Source: Octopus vulgaris (Eukaryota). Taken from it: a stretch of DNA of 64,000 nt. A program made the position numbers and the translations under genes. The notes beneath the pieces were generated by a model. That model ran no database searches, was not told the origin of the DNA, and was given only the letters and a program-made list of their open reading frames with translations. The DNA is taken from assembly GCA_951406725.2 (NCBI GenBank), contig OX597820.1, positions 49,786,001-49,850,000 of the forward strand. The letters run 5' to 3'. Positions 41,231 to 54,522 of the stretch are shown one piece after another; positions within the stretch are counted from its first letter, which is position 1; every line of letters starts with the position of its first letter.

Positions 41231-41943
41231 CATCATTATTATTGTTATTGTTGTTGTTGTTGTTGTGGGTGTTACACTAATAACTATAATAATAGTGCGT
41301 GTGTGTACATGTATTTAAATCCATGTAAATCCATTTGAGGTGGATTAACTTAATATTCCATTTGTTCCATGTTCAGAACGTGTCATTTAGTGCAATTCGA
41401 TAGATTTTGAAATATGTTCTGTATATATATGTATATGTTTTTGTGCGCGCGCGCGTGTGTATGAATGAAAGCAGGTGTATATATGTATATACTACCAACA
41501 CATACAACGACACACAGGCACATACACATGCACATAAAGTGGCAAAACCATACACCAGGGTTATTCTGGCATGCGACTTACAAATATAAGTCTGAGATCT
41601 CTTTTCAACTTAAGGCGTTTTATTCTTGGAGGCGACTAGTTGACTATTCAACATTTATGAATTATTTTGGAAATGGTTTAAAGAAATGCGGTCTACATTT
41701 TCTGATAAACTGCTGAGCTTTGGCATCAGAATATTATGACCGTTTTGACAAAACTGAAAAGTAGGTAATTTGAATGTTTCCTTCAGCTAACAAAGCGTGT
41801 TTGACTGAATAATTTGTGATGGATCTATGTACACTCGTGTACCTATTTCTGTTTATGTTTGTTAATCGACACCAACAACGACCAAATTTTCCTTCATATG
41901 TAGATCTTTTGTAATAATTGCATATATATATATGATTGATGTA

Positions 41944-42280
41944 AAGGCGCATGGCTCAGTGGCTCGAGCCGTCGGGCTCACAATCGTGAGGTTGTGAGTT
42001 CGATTCCCGGACTGGTCTGTGTGCTGTGTTCTTGAGCAAGGCACTTTATTTTACGCTGCCCCAGTTCACTCAGCTGCAGAAATGAGTTGCAACGTCACTG
42101 ACGCGTAGCTGCATCGGCCTTTGCCTTTCACTTGGACAACATCAGTGGCGTGGAGAAGAGAGACTGTTATGCATGAGTAACAGTCCACAAACAACCTTGC
42201 CCTGACTTGTTCTTCGGAGTGGATCTTTCTATGTGCAATCCCATAGTCATTCCTAATCGAAGAGGGTCTTTACTCTTTAA
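41944..42280 (+). mobile_element. tRNA-derived CORE-type SINE (family C)
   Basis: GGCGCATGGCTCAGTGG (A box), GAGTTCGATTCCC (B box), GTTCTTGAGCAAGGCACTT (CORE-like). Confidence 0.8.
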
Positions 42281-43321
42281 ATCATTGATGTACATCTTCA
42301 TTTGATGACAGTTCACTTATATATTTGACCAGAGGATACGGTTTAGACACTAAGTATAAACCTTTCCTTCATAAATTCAATTGCCCCTCGTCAGAAAGAT
42401 ATTCCAAGCCGAGTGGTTTGCAAAGATCGATACAACTTTTCTCTAAAGTCATCTTCAGCTCATCTTTGAAATGCCTCTTTGGTTCTTCAGCTAAGCGTTG
42501 ACCATTGTCTAGTTCACCATATAAAAAAAAGTACTTGCGACGAATCATTTGACTAAAAATTCCTTAAGGCGGTACCCCAGCTTGACTCCGGTCTAATGAC
42601 TTGAACAGTAAAAAGGTAAAAGATATACGTTCTAGGGCGATTATGCAAACATGTTCTATATCTTGGAGCCATCTGTGCAGTTGCACATTTAATATGGATG
42701 CAGAAAATATTTCTGTGTTTCGTTGTCGTGTGTAAAGTCACTACATTGTACGCTGCAGTGGTATCTGCTTCAGGAGATTGTGCTTAATTGTAGTTGTTGC
42801 GAGGAGACAATCGGGAGGAGGTGTTCCGTAATGATCTACCGTAAGATTATCTCAATTTTCTTGACATTAACTGTCAGTTTGAATTGTTGTTATGCTGTAA
42901 CTGTTGTTAAAGAAAAGACCTCCAGCATAATATGTGCAAATTTAGATGAAGCACCAGCATTTCTTATGGTACCAATACTGCACGTCGGTATTGCAGAGAA
43001 ATGCCCTAGTTTAATTCCACACAAATAACGAGTTGGCGAGACATACTCAAATTCTCTCTCTGAAAGTTCAAAAATGACAACCTCAGGTATATGATAGATT
43101 GAAAAAACAATGATTCTCAGTCACATCATTATCAGAGAATTCTTTATATCTGTACTGTATAAAATAGTCTGGTTGAAATAGAGAGTGATTTCGAAAAGGA
43201 AACAATGTTGATCACAAGTTAAATAAACATATACTTTACTCTAACCACTTTCAACAGAAGGTAGTATCGAGCAGGTTCATGTTTTGTAATGCAACAGAAA
43301 CGTGAGAAAGGAAATTTTCTT

Positions 43322-43363
<42 letters not shown>

Positions 43364-43383
43364 CAGCAAGGATGCCAAGTGTG

Positions 43384-43490
<107 letters not shown>

Positions 43491-43810
43491 GAATATAAAG
43501 AAAAAAAAAGAAAAGGAAAGGAAAAAAGAGACCTGAAATGTGTTTTCTTTTTGCATGACACTATTGTCCAAGGTTCCCGTGGTCTTTTCTGTAGGCATTT
43601 CTATCCACGGCCCAACCTAATCTGTTTTCCCTTTTTACATTGACATTTTTGTGATACACGATCCCTATTGATCGGCCCCACTTCTTTTTTCACGATCCCT
43701 TTTTATCGGAGTTCGCCCCCCCCCTCCCCCCTTCTCTTCTTCCCCAAAAGAAAAGCTCTAATTTGTATTTTGTCCCTTCTGTGTCTAGCCCTGCGTTGCC
43801 AATAAAGAAA
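43491..43810 (+). mobile_element. 3' end of a retroposon embedded in (TCTA)n
   Basis: Ends CCCCAAAAGAAAAGCTCTA...TCTGTGTCTAGCCCTGCGTTGCCAATAAAGAAA; second copy at ~63250-63400; (TCTA)n on both sides. Confidence 0.7.
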
Positions 43811-44459
43811 TCTATCTATCTATCTAACTATATATATATATATATATATATACATACTATTTATAATTTATATAAGATTCAATTTTACATAAAACGTAAT
43901 ATTTAGAAATCAAAGCACTTAAAAACAATTTTTTTTCTAAACTGTTTCCTTGAACAGACATTCTTGACAGAATAAATAAAAGCAACCATATCTACTTATA
44001 ATAGCAGACAGTAAATGGTGAATACTACAAGCTACGTTAACAATACGATATACTAGTAACAACAACGGTCAAAAATATAGTGAAATATGATTGTTTATAT
44101 TACAAAAAACATAAAGTAAGCGAATTTATTTCTTAAGTTATATAAAATCATGTCATATTTTCATCTTGTACACGTATTTTCTTCTTCATGTTTACACACA
44201 CACCCAAATACCCCCATACGCACACTCACACACACGCACACACACATACATACGTTTATACACACGCAATCACACACAAGAACTCACATTGCTGTCTCTG
44301 TCACTCTAACCACCTTTCTCTTCTCTGTCTCACTTTTCCCCTCTCTCTTTTTCTCTCTCTCTCTCTCTCTCATATTGCGTATATATAAACATACACACAT
44401 GTATATATGCATGTAGCCATGTATATGCGTGATGAGTGCGTCAGTGCTCTATTTGTGTG

Positions 44460-44559
<100 letters not shown>

Positions 44560-44719
44560 TGTATATCTAGAGAGAGAGAAACAAAGAGATAGATAGACAT
44601 ACATACATGCAACCACACACACACGCGCGCACACACAGGCACATATAAATTCGGCATGAAAGCACACTAACTAATTTGCATTCAAATATCAACGAAGTGA
44701 ATATATTTCCGATCAATTG

Positions 44720-44785
<66 letters not shown>

Positions 44786-45043
44786 TACATATTTATATTT
44801 ATATATATATACATACATATAAATAACGCACACACATAGACACACACACACGAACGCACACAGACACATGCACACACACATACACACACACGCTCACATG
44901 TTTATAATATATTTGGGTTTCTTCAAATTACTTTTCATTAAATTTTACTTAACCTTTTTGTTGCATCAAGACATTGTTAATTCTTTCATATTTCCATGAC
45001 TTTTCAAGGAAATTCAAAATTTACTTTCGTGATACCGCGTACT

Positions 45044-45086
<43 letters not shown>

Positions 45087-45237
45087 ACACAAACGTATAT
45101 AGATGCGCACTCTCAAATACCGCTCCAACATAATTATAAATATGTGAAAGTGTCTGTATGCATCAATAAGTATGCATGTATGTTTCTACGCACGTGTGTC
45201 TACACACATAACAAGACACACATATGTAGGCAAAAAA

Positions 45238-45304
<67 letters not shown>

Positions 45305-45449
45305 TGTATGTATGAATGTATGTATGTATGTATATATTTATGTATGTATGTATGAATGTTTGTATGTGCGTATGTATGTATGTATGTATGTATGTATGTA
45401 TGTATGTATGAATGTTTGTATGTGCGTATGTATGTAAGTATGTATGTCA

Positions 45450-45660
45450 TTATTCTGTTTTATTTCAAGATTTCTTGTCAACAGAGAAGGAGCTGGTTTC
45501 TAACCTTGATCCCAGGCTCGTTCATTGGAATTTTAACATCAGCAACAAAGTATCTATGTTATTATTTAGTTTATTTCAAGATTATTTGCCAATAGAGAAA
45601 AAACCGGTTTCTAACCCAGGATCCAATGTTCTTTCATTGGAATTTCAACATCAACAACGG
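45450..45660 (+). repeat. Two tandem copies of a ~110-bp dispersed repeat; inverted third copy at 56798-56895
   Basis: TTTTATTTCAAGATT...GGTTTCTAACC...TTCATTGGAATTT.AACATCA.CAAC occurs twice. Confidence 0.8.
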
Positions 45661-45709
45661 GGTATTTTTGTATGTATTTTTGTTTGTATGTATGTATGTA
45701 TGTATGTAG

Positions 45710-47105
45710 CACGGGTACGTAGAAACTCCGGGGTGGTGTCCGGCGTGCTGAAAGACCACTGGGAGTGAGGCGCCCCTCAGCTTTTGTTAAAGCACGTCTC
45801 TAGGAGAAGGTCACTCTGATATAAAACCAGATATGCAGGGAATGGCATTGAATATTTTGGGGGTCTTTGGTTTGTGCTAGAGATCACGGCGCTCCCACAT
45901 CCTTGAGCCTGCGACTTATATTGGTACCAGACATCTTGCTCCAGCTTGTCTCTGGATAATGTCAATAAAGGGGAGAGGGTCTATGAGGTGTTGTGCAAGC
46001 CTTATTGGACCTAAAACTCTGCACAGGCATTGCCGACCTCTTTTTTTATTCTCTATATATCTATCTTATTTTTAGTATATATTTTCTTCATTTTTAGTAC
46101 ATATATATTTTTTTTTATTCGGAAGGTGGTGAAGCATGCCGACCTGACGGGTTGGAAGCATGTAGTCAGCGACCTGCACGTAGGCGGCCCATGCTAGATA
46201 TAAAGTCGTCTCCTTGTCGCCCAAGACAATGGTAGGATTCGGTTGCTGCATGGGTGTCTGAGCAGCTCCATTTGGAGAGGGCACTGCTCACCTGGAGTCC
46301 GGGGAGGTTCTAGAAAAGGTGAACCAAAAATTGCCTGTCTTTCCATATCTGGTCAGTTTAGCGATTCGTGAGCTGAACCGCTATAAAATTGATATAGCTG
46401 CACTCTCAGAAACTTGTATAGAAGGTGATGGTCAGCTTGAGGAAGTAGGAGGCGGATGCACCTTTTTTTGGAAAGGAAGGCAGAAGGAGGAGCGCAGAGA
46501 GGCTGGTGTTGGTTTTACAGTCCGATCTGATATCCTGAAGAAGTTGGAAGAGTTCCCTGTTCCTATAAATGAACGTATAATGACCTTACGGTTGCACTTG
46601 AAAGGTAAGCGGTTTGCTACTCTGATAAGTGCCTATGCACCTACTTTGACTAGATGTGATGAAGATAAAATAATCTTTTATACCCAGCTGAGAGCCATAC
46701 TTAGAAAAATCCCCAATTCTGATAAAGTCATTCTAGTGGGGGATTTTAATGCCAGAGTTGGAACAGACTGGCAAACATGGAACTCTGTAGGACGTTTTGG
46801 AGTAGGGAAAATGAATAGCAATGGTCTCATGCTACTGGAGCTTTGCGAAGAACATGGACTTTACATTGCAAGTACTCATTTTGTGCACAAAGGTGATCAC
46901 ACAACAACATGGATGCATCCAAGGTCCAAAGTTTGGCACTTGCTGGATTACGTCATCATCCGCAAGCGCGAAATTTATGACATTTGTAATGCCAAGTCCT
47001 TGCATGGATCAGAATGTTGGACAGACCACAGTCTGGTGCGAGCAAAGTTCCGAATGGTGATTAGGGCGAAAGAGAGAAGAGGACCAGTCCTGTGTGTCCT
47101 GTAGC
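45710..47105 (+). mobile_element. RTE-clade LINE, 5' part (UTR + endonuclease), RT missing
   Basis: Higher-GC block bounded by (TATG)n-like tracts that contains the APE ORF. Confidence 0.75.
46319..47104 (+). CDS. Apurinic-like endonuclease domain of RTE LINE ORF (261-aa open fragment)
   Basis: IDIAALSET, GVGF, ERIMTLRL, ISAYAPT, GDFNARVG, TWMHPRSK.WHLLDYVI, TDHSLV. Confidence 0.88.
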   Translation: MNQKLPVFPYLVSLAIRELNRYKIDIAALSETCIEGDGQLEEVGGGCTFFWKGRQKEERREAGVGFTVRSDILKKLEEFPVPINERIMTLRLHLKGKRFATLISAYAPTLTRCDEDKIIFYTQLRAILRKIPNSDKVILVGDFNARVGTDWQTWNSVGRFGVGKMNSNGLMLLELCEEHGLYIASTHFVHKGDHTTTWMHPRSKVWHLLDYVIIRKREIYDICNAKSLHGSECWTDHSLVRAKFRMVIRAKERRGPVLCVL

Positions 47106-47234
47106 CATATATGCATGTATATATACATATAGATGTAGGTACGTACATATATGTATGTATATATGCATATGTTTTATTTATTAATATGTTATTATATGAC
47201 GGAACGCACGCATCCATTTCTAAGTAAGTTTTAT

Positions 47235-47307
<73 letters not shown>

Positions 47308-47556
47308 TGTGTGAAATTTGATTTGGTATTTCTAAATTGAATTTTTTCCCTGCAAGTTTGGATTTATATTCCCTCAAATAATTATATATATATATATAAA
47401 ACAAAGAAGATGAGGAGAATGAAGGATTTGAATATTCAAACTTTATGTTTATTTCCAATTAGTTTATTCATGCGCAACGATTTATGCATTTTTAGTACGA
47501 TCTTTTCAGGGCATATCATTATGAATAAAGTAAGTGGAAACAACATAAAGTTGTAT

Positions 47557-47967
47557 ACTCTTTTACTCTTTTACTAGTTTCAGTCATTTGACTGCGGCCA
47601 TGCTGGAGCACCGCCTTTAGTCGAGCAAATCGACCCCGGGACTTATTCTTTATAAGCCCAGTACTTATTCTATCAGTCTCTTTTTGCCGAACCGCTAAGT
47701 GACAGGGACGTAAACACACCAGCATCGGTTGTCAAGCGATGTTAGGGAGACAAACACAGACACACAAACATATACACACACATACATATATATACATATA
47801 TACTACAGGCTTCTTTCAGTTTCCGTCTACCAAATCCACTCACAAGGCATTGGTCGGCCCGGGGGCTATAGCAGAAGACACTTGCCCAAGATGCCACGCA
47901 GTGGGACTGAACCCGGAACCATGTAGTTGGTTAGCAAGCTACTTATCACACAGCCACTCCTGCGCCT
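47557..47967 (-). mobile_element. Full-length SINE family B (uninterrupted reference copy)
   Basis: Collinear with 35321-35723; shows the empty target site GTTAGCAAGCTACTT once. Confidence 0.9.
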
Positions 47968-48154
47968 GTTTAAATTCTTCAATTTGGTTATTATAAATAT
48001 TGTACTTTACACTCTAAGTAGTCAAGAAATAAACTGGAACTTCGGATGGGAGCTAAAGAAAGATTACCATAAAAAAAAACATAAGGAACTAGCCTTCGCA
48101 TTTTACTCAGAGAAATTCAGTATCTGCCTGACACACACGCACACACCTACACAC

Positions 48155-48305
48155 GTATATATAGACGATAGGCTTCTTTCTGTTTCTGGTTACAAAATCC
48201 GAGGCCATGGTAGAAGACACTTGTCGAAGGTAACACTCAGAGGAACTGAACCCGGAACCATGCAGTCGGGGAGCAAACTTCTCACCACACAGCCACACCT
48301 ATGCG
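48155..48305 (-). mobile_element. SINE family B, degenerate 5' half
   Basis: AGAAGACACTTGTCGAAGG...ACTGAACCCGGAACCATG...ACCACACAGCCAC. Confidence 0.75.
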
Positions 48306-48355
<50 letters not shown>

Positions 48356-48598
48356 AAATATAAGAATCATAATGATTGAGAAAAATCAGAAATATTCTTC
48401 AGCTTTACAATCTTGTTGAGTGGAAGGAAGACGCATATCTCATTCAGTCGTATAAAATTTCTTTAAAACATCGATTTGACATAACTTGTTACAAACTCAT
48501 AGAACCCCGTTAGTTTTTACGGGTACTAGAGTAGCTATTGTATTCATGTGTGTGTATGCGTTTGTTTGGGAATGAGTGTGTGTGCGTACGTGAGTGTT

Positions 48599-48634
<36 letters not shown>

Positions 48635-49553
48635 GGCAGGAGATTACTGAAAATTAAGATAAACATATCTTATACTAGTTGAACTTTGGAGTAAACGATG
48701 AAATGTAGTATATGTAAGTGAGTAAATGTATGTGTCGGTTATCGTGTGTTGTTCTTCTGTATGTATGACAGAGAAAATGAGAGAATGAAAGAAGTAAAGA
48801 GTGATTGTGCGTGAGAAAAAAGTGGGTGGCTTTATTCCTCTAGAATTATTCTAAAACATGTATGTGTGTATGTTTGTGTGTATGTGTGTATGATTGTGTC
48901 TGTGTAAAAAGCATTTATATATACGTATATAAATGCTTCCATAGATTCGTACACACATTTAACAGGTATTCTCTCATATATGCTTAAATTTACGCGTAGC
49001 CACATACGTATTTAAATACGTACATACACACGCAGATACTTATGCTATCGTTCCTGTATGGCTTGTATGTTTGTTTGTGGGTGTGTCCATATGCGGGTGG
49101 ATGTGTGTGCGCGCGTGTGTGTCTATGTTCATGTGTGTGTGTGTGTCTGTGTGAGTGTGTATTTCTGTGTGGCCGTGTGTGGCAGTGTGGGTCTGCGTCT
49201 GTCTGTGAACGTGTGCTTGTGTGTGTGTGTGTGTAATTGTGTGCATTGACATGCATGTTGTGTAATTTTTTGTGTCATTGTGTGTATGTGTGTATTAGGA
49301 TGATAGAGAGAGACAATAAGAATAACAGATGTTAATGCATGGGGAAACAAATAAAAATACATTCATACACACACACATACACACGCATACACACACATGT
49401 GCACACACACTATATATATATATATACACAGATATATATATGTGTGTGTGTGTAAATATATACATAATCACCAACAAAAGAGCATACATTTATATATATA
49501 TGTACACACATATATATATACACACATTTTTATCAATCTAACTGTCTATCTAA

Positions 49554-49589
<36 letters not shown>

Positions 49590-49704
49590 TTATCTATCTA
49601 TCAATCTATCCATCACTATCTCTCTCACTCTCGCTCTCTCAGTATATATATATATATATATATACATATTTTCATCTATCTATCTATCTATCACTATCTC
49701 TTTA

Positions 49705-49777
<73 letters not shown>

Positions 49778-50255
49778 CATATATGCATATGTACACACAT
49801 CTATCTACACGCATATGCATGAGTTTGCTTTTATTATTATGATTCGAGAAATTTTCTTCTTAAAGGTTTACGATTGATTACTGTACAAAAATAATGGCTT
49901 TCACGTTTGACTAATCTGACGAATGCTGTTTTCTTTCCTCAACCAATGTATCTGATGGGGCTCCAGTGAAGCTGAAAGAAAGATTTGAAGCAAGAGAGGA
50001 TATAAAAAATATAAGTAATGGGAGAAACATGAAGAGTCCATTGGAATTAGCTAGTTTAATGCGTACATCTGAAATATCTGGGAAATGTAGATTTTTATAT
50101 ATTGAAAGAGTTTAACGTAGAATGATAGAGAATATTCTTCGTAGATTAGAGAGAAGAATCTAGGATGTTTACTGTAATTTACAAAGACCTTGTTATATAT
50201 TAATGTATAGACCACCCATCCATGTATAAATACGTCTGTGTGCGTGAGTACGAGG

Positions 50256-50295
<40 letters not shown>

Positions 50296-50717
50296 TTGTA
50301 GACATGTCTATTTTTGTATGCACGTGCATGTGTGTGAGTGTGTAGCTCTATCTGTCTGTTTTACTGTCTGAAACATGTATTATAATAAGCTATCGCATTA
50401 GTGGTCGAGTGGATAGCGTATCGGACAATCAGTTGAAAGTTCAATGGTTCGGTCTCCTTCAGCGGCTCTGTATCTGTAGTTTGCTCCTGTCTAAAACAAT
50501 GAGATTTCAAAAGATTTCATGAACATAAACGTTAGCGGGTACCATGGACAATAGGAGCATATATAGCTCAGAGCAACATCAACGCTATATAATAGAGGCA
50601 TATTTCATTTCTGCTTAATTTTTATATTTTGCCTTTTACTTGTTTCAGACATTAGAGTGCGGCCATGCTGGGGCACCGCCTTAAAGAATTTTCAAAGTCA
50701 ACTGCGTCGACCATAGT

Positions 50718-51360
50718 ACCATTGGTCTAGGAAACTTGATGGTAAAATGTTTTTATTTTTTTCATTTCGCTCCTGTCGAATTTTATCCCTAATTTTTTGG
50801 TTATGAAACCTAGCTGTTCTTTCTAGCGTGTTGAATCCCACGAGTGGATTCCTCATATGTTTAAATGTACACTGTATTTCATGACTAATACATAGTCTTT
50901 GGACTAAAGTTTTACACGTTAGGCGACTGGAAATGGAAATTTTAATTAATTTCCATTTCCCTTTGATATGATTAAGTATTGTAAGTTTTTGGATAATTTT
51001 CGGTTTTTAAAAGTTGGCATTTATTTATTGCCGGCGAAGGGCTGCGGCTGCGCAGTAGATTTAAAAAAAATTACGATGTATAAACAAGACGCACGTAGTT
51101 TGATCGCCTCATGTTTATATATTTAACCCAAGGTGTTCCTGCTGAGGACGATTTCACCTAGCGAGTATATATTATTTACTTGCTAAACTAAAATCAGAAA
51201 CCAATTGGACCAGGAAATTAGATGGTAAAATGTTTTTATTTTTGCATTTCGTTCCTTTCGAATTTTATCCCTAATTTTATGGTTATGGAACCTAGCTGTT
51301 CTTTCTAGCGTGTTGAATCCCACGAGTGGATTCCTCGTGTGTTTAAATGTACACTGTATT
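50718..51360 (+). repeat. Partial tandem repeat (period ~482 bp, ~1.3 copies) containing a decayed type I hammerhead at 51136-51216
   Basis: 50718-50878 is repeated at 51200-51360; UUCCUG-CUGAGGA...GAAA-CCAAUUGG-AC-CAGGAA. Confidence 0.8.
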
Positions 51361-51395
51361 ATATATATGTATATATATATATGTATATACACAAA

Positions 51396-51429
<34 letters not shown>

Positions 51430-52399
51430 TCTGTGTTTCTTGATACTGAGATGCTCATATCATTGTTCGGGATTTGAGTTTGGCAGTGGGAAAGAGAGAA
51501 TGTAATCTTCAGCCCACAGATCTGGCTTCGTTACTCGTAACAACATTAACTCTGTTAAAGAAACCTAAATGCCAAGTATTGATATATCAAAGGACGATCG
51601 ATTAAATCTAGCACAGAGAACAGTAACAGCACCCTCTGTTGGGACTACGCACAGTTTCCGCCCACCAAATTTTACTCACCAGTCTTTGATCGATTCGAGG
51701 CCTTAACAAAACATATTGTGTCAAGGAACCCAGCTGTGGAATCGAACTGCTAATTATTTAGTTGCAAAACAAGCAATATGTCACCACAGAAAACATTCTG
51801 ATTGTAGGGTTAAATTTCAATACTTCAGAAAATATATTCTGGAGTGAGGTGGAATCATGTTTTCCATACTTCCTTCGTTAGGGAAGCCTGAAACATTTAA
51901 CTAAAAATCTCAGAAATCATCCCTGTATTGTAATATGTATGAAAGAGAGTGAAAAAAATAAGGGAAATGAGTAAAGACCGATATTCTTATAATGTACAAA
52001 AAGGTATAAAATTTATAATCTTATATATTTTAGTTACAAAGGCCTATCACCATAAGTGAACAATCAAAAAATTTATAGATCTATTCGAAAACAACGTGGC
52101 CGGTACCTGAACATTCTTTGATTGTTTACACGTGATGAAGGGACGTTGTGCCTGGAATACATAAGGTGATTAAATTTATTCTATCCTATGCATAGTAAGA
52201 AGCCTTCCGTCTTTAATCACTTCACTTCTAATCCTTGTATTTATGAACAGCTTCTGACGAATGGAGTTTAAAAAGATATTAAAAATTTCAAAACTTGTTT
52301 TACATAAATAATTTCTATATACTGGGTGGGCCAATATTCATGCACCAAAACATTTGACATTTTATTTATAAGAAGTATCTATTATTGTTGTTATTATAT

Positions 52400-52890
52400 G
52401 TTTGGCTTTGCTTTGTATTTGTACTAGTTGGCTCCAAGTCTCACTCAGACGCCTCAATAGACAATAAGTTAGAAGTTCATGTTGGTGTTATGCCTAGGGT
52501 GTCGTATATTTGGCTTTTCACATAATATTGTTCTATAGAATGTCTAAGAAAACATAAGAAAAGATTACATCGACATAGGCAGGATATGGGCAGTTCCTAT
52601 GAACAATATCTTTCGAATATCTGCCATTTTGGGGGTTTCCTGGTATCTGAGCTAGGAAGGAATCAGCCCCTTTTGATATCATTCCTAGGGCACCTATGAC
52701 AACAGATACTGTTATGGTGTTGCGGTTCCACATGTTGCTAATTTCTATTTCAAGATCGTTATACTTGCTCAGTTTTGGGTAGGTCTTGACAGGTACATTT
52801 ATGTCGATTGGGACAGTCATATCAATGAGGAGGCATGGTTTTGTTTTTCAGTATAATGTCTGGCCTACTCGCATTGCTCTTTCTGTCAGT
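52400..52890 (-). pseudogene. 3' end of an R4/Dong-like RLE LINE
   Basis: RPDIIL..CLLIDMTVPIDINV..K..KLSKYNDLEIEISNMW...VVIGALGMISKG (PD-(D/E)xK endonuclease signature). Confidence 0.8.
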
Positions 52891-52893
52891 TTG

Positions 52894-53115
52894 CGGCGAG
52901 ATGGCAGAGTCCTTAGCACACTGGACGGAATGTTTAGCTGCATTTCGCTCCTACGCTATGTTTTGAGTTCAAATTCACCCGAGCTCGACTTTGACTTTCG
53001 TCTTTTCGGGGTCGAAAAATGGTCGATAAATTAAGTACTAGTCAAGTACTGCGGTAGATGTAATCGACTTCCCCTCCTCCAAAATTTCAGGCCCCCTGTG
53101 CTTATAGTAGAAAGG

Positions 53116-53148
<33 letters not shown>

Positions 53149-53160
53149 GTTATTATCATT
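52894..53160 (+). mobile_element. SINE family D with (ATT)n tail
   Basis: GGCGAGATGGCAGAGTCCTTAG (A-box like), GAGTTCAAATTC (B-box like), (ATT)n tail. Confidence 0.65.
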
Positions 53161-53370
53161 ATTCATTTTGTTCATCACTTACAAGTACGTATGCATTCAT
53201 GATTATCTTATTCCTTTTATTCAGTTTTAGAAAAAAACGAATCATATCTTTTGACAATTCTGGATCGTATTGGACTTCGTGCGAGACTTTTGACCCATCT
53301 TGTATACATATATTCATGCATACACACGCGCATGAATTCATGAATTCGGTGCGAGTTGCGTTCCATTTCT

Positions 53371-53585
53371 TGATAAATGAAAAAAATGTATAAACAAATG
53401 ATGCAACGTATACTGAATGTAAAAACGAATGGGATGCAAACAGATTCATCAGCAAGAAAAAGAGTGGCGAAACTGAACGGTACCAATTGATCGTTAACTG
53501 ATGAAGAATTACCAAACTTCTGTTGTTTTTTCCCCTTTCACTTTTACATTCAGTATACGTTTCGTCGTTTTTTATACATTTATCA
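53371..53585. repeat. Diverged inverted repeat
   Basis: AACGTATACTGAATGTAAAA (53406-) and TTTTACATTCAGTATACGTT (53542-), with outer TGATAAATG / CATTTATCA. Confidence 0.75.
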
Positions 53586-53631
53586 TGTATGTATGTATAT
53601 ATACGTACATATATATATATATATATATATA

Positions 53632-54137
53632 CTAGCAGTATCGCCCGGCGTTGCTCGGGTTTGTAAGGGAAATAACTATATAAGCATTTTTAGAGAGTTA
53701 CTTCCCTTATAAATTCGGGCTTTCTTAGCCATTTTTGTTTTGGTGTCTTCAAGCCATGAAGTCGTTGTTCTAAAAGAACGCTGGTTTCCTTCACAACGCA
53801 TTACGACGTTGAGTTCTTTACACTCCCTTCCCCACAGCTTCACGAGGGAGGGAAGGGGGAGAAGCAAACAGGTGCAGCTGTGAGCGTGGACGCCAACTCC
53901 GCCGCCATCGACATACGATGCATTTTATGCATTAAAATGGAATAAAAAATGATGTTAAATTATTTTTAAAATCGTAGACTCATCGTTGACGCGCGCTAAT
54001 AGTCAGACGGGCTCGATATGAATCACGACTATAAGATACCCGAATTTGGTTAAACTGCACCGCAAAATGTGGGAGGAGTTAGGAATCTAAATCGAAGGGG
54101 ACAGACACTCACACAACTAGAGTTTTATATATATAGA
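53632..54137 (-). mobile_element. Non-autonomous Helitron
   Basis: Minus strand begins TC, ends with hairpin CCCGAGCAACGCCGGG then CTAG; inserted between A and T, no TSD. Confidence 0.85.
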
Positions 54138-54158
54138 TATATATGTATGTATGTATAT

Positions 54159-54522
54159 TTTATATATTTCAAGTTCAAAAGGCCCATAATCAGAAGTGAA
54201 CGACTGAATGCAAATTGCTTAGATCCTGCTATGATTGTTTTATGCGGATATATATATATATCTGTAAAATAATATGTGACAATTATTCGGTAGCCAAGAT
54301 AAAACTCTGAGTTTCTGATGCCGAGGTGGAAATCCACACCACCATCTCTTCGGTTATCTGGCCATTATATATATATAATGAAGGCGGGGAGCTTCTTATA
54401 ATGCGATAACGGTCAAGTTAAGTAAACTTTATATATTTCAAGTTCAAAAGGCCCACAATCAGAAGTGAACGACTGAATGCAAATTGCTTAGATCCTGCTA
54501 TGATTGTTTTATGCGGATATAT
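54159..54522 (-). repeat. ~95-bp direct repeat (period 269) bracketing a hammerhead-like motif
   Basis: 54159-54252 is repeated at 54428-54522; motif at 54293-54362 on the minus strand. Confidence 0.75.
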
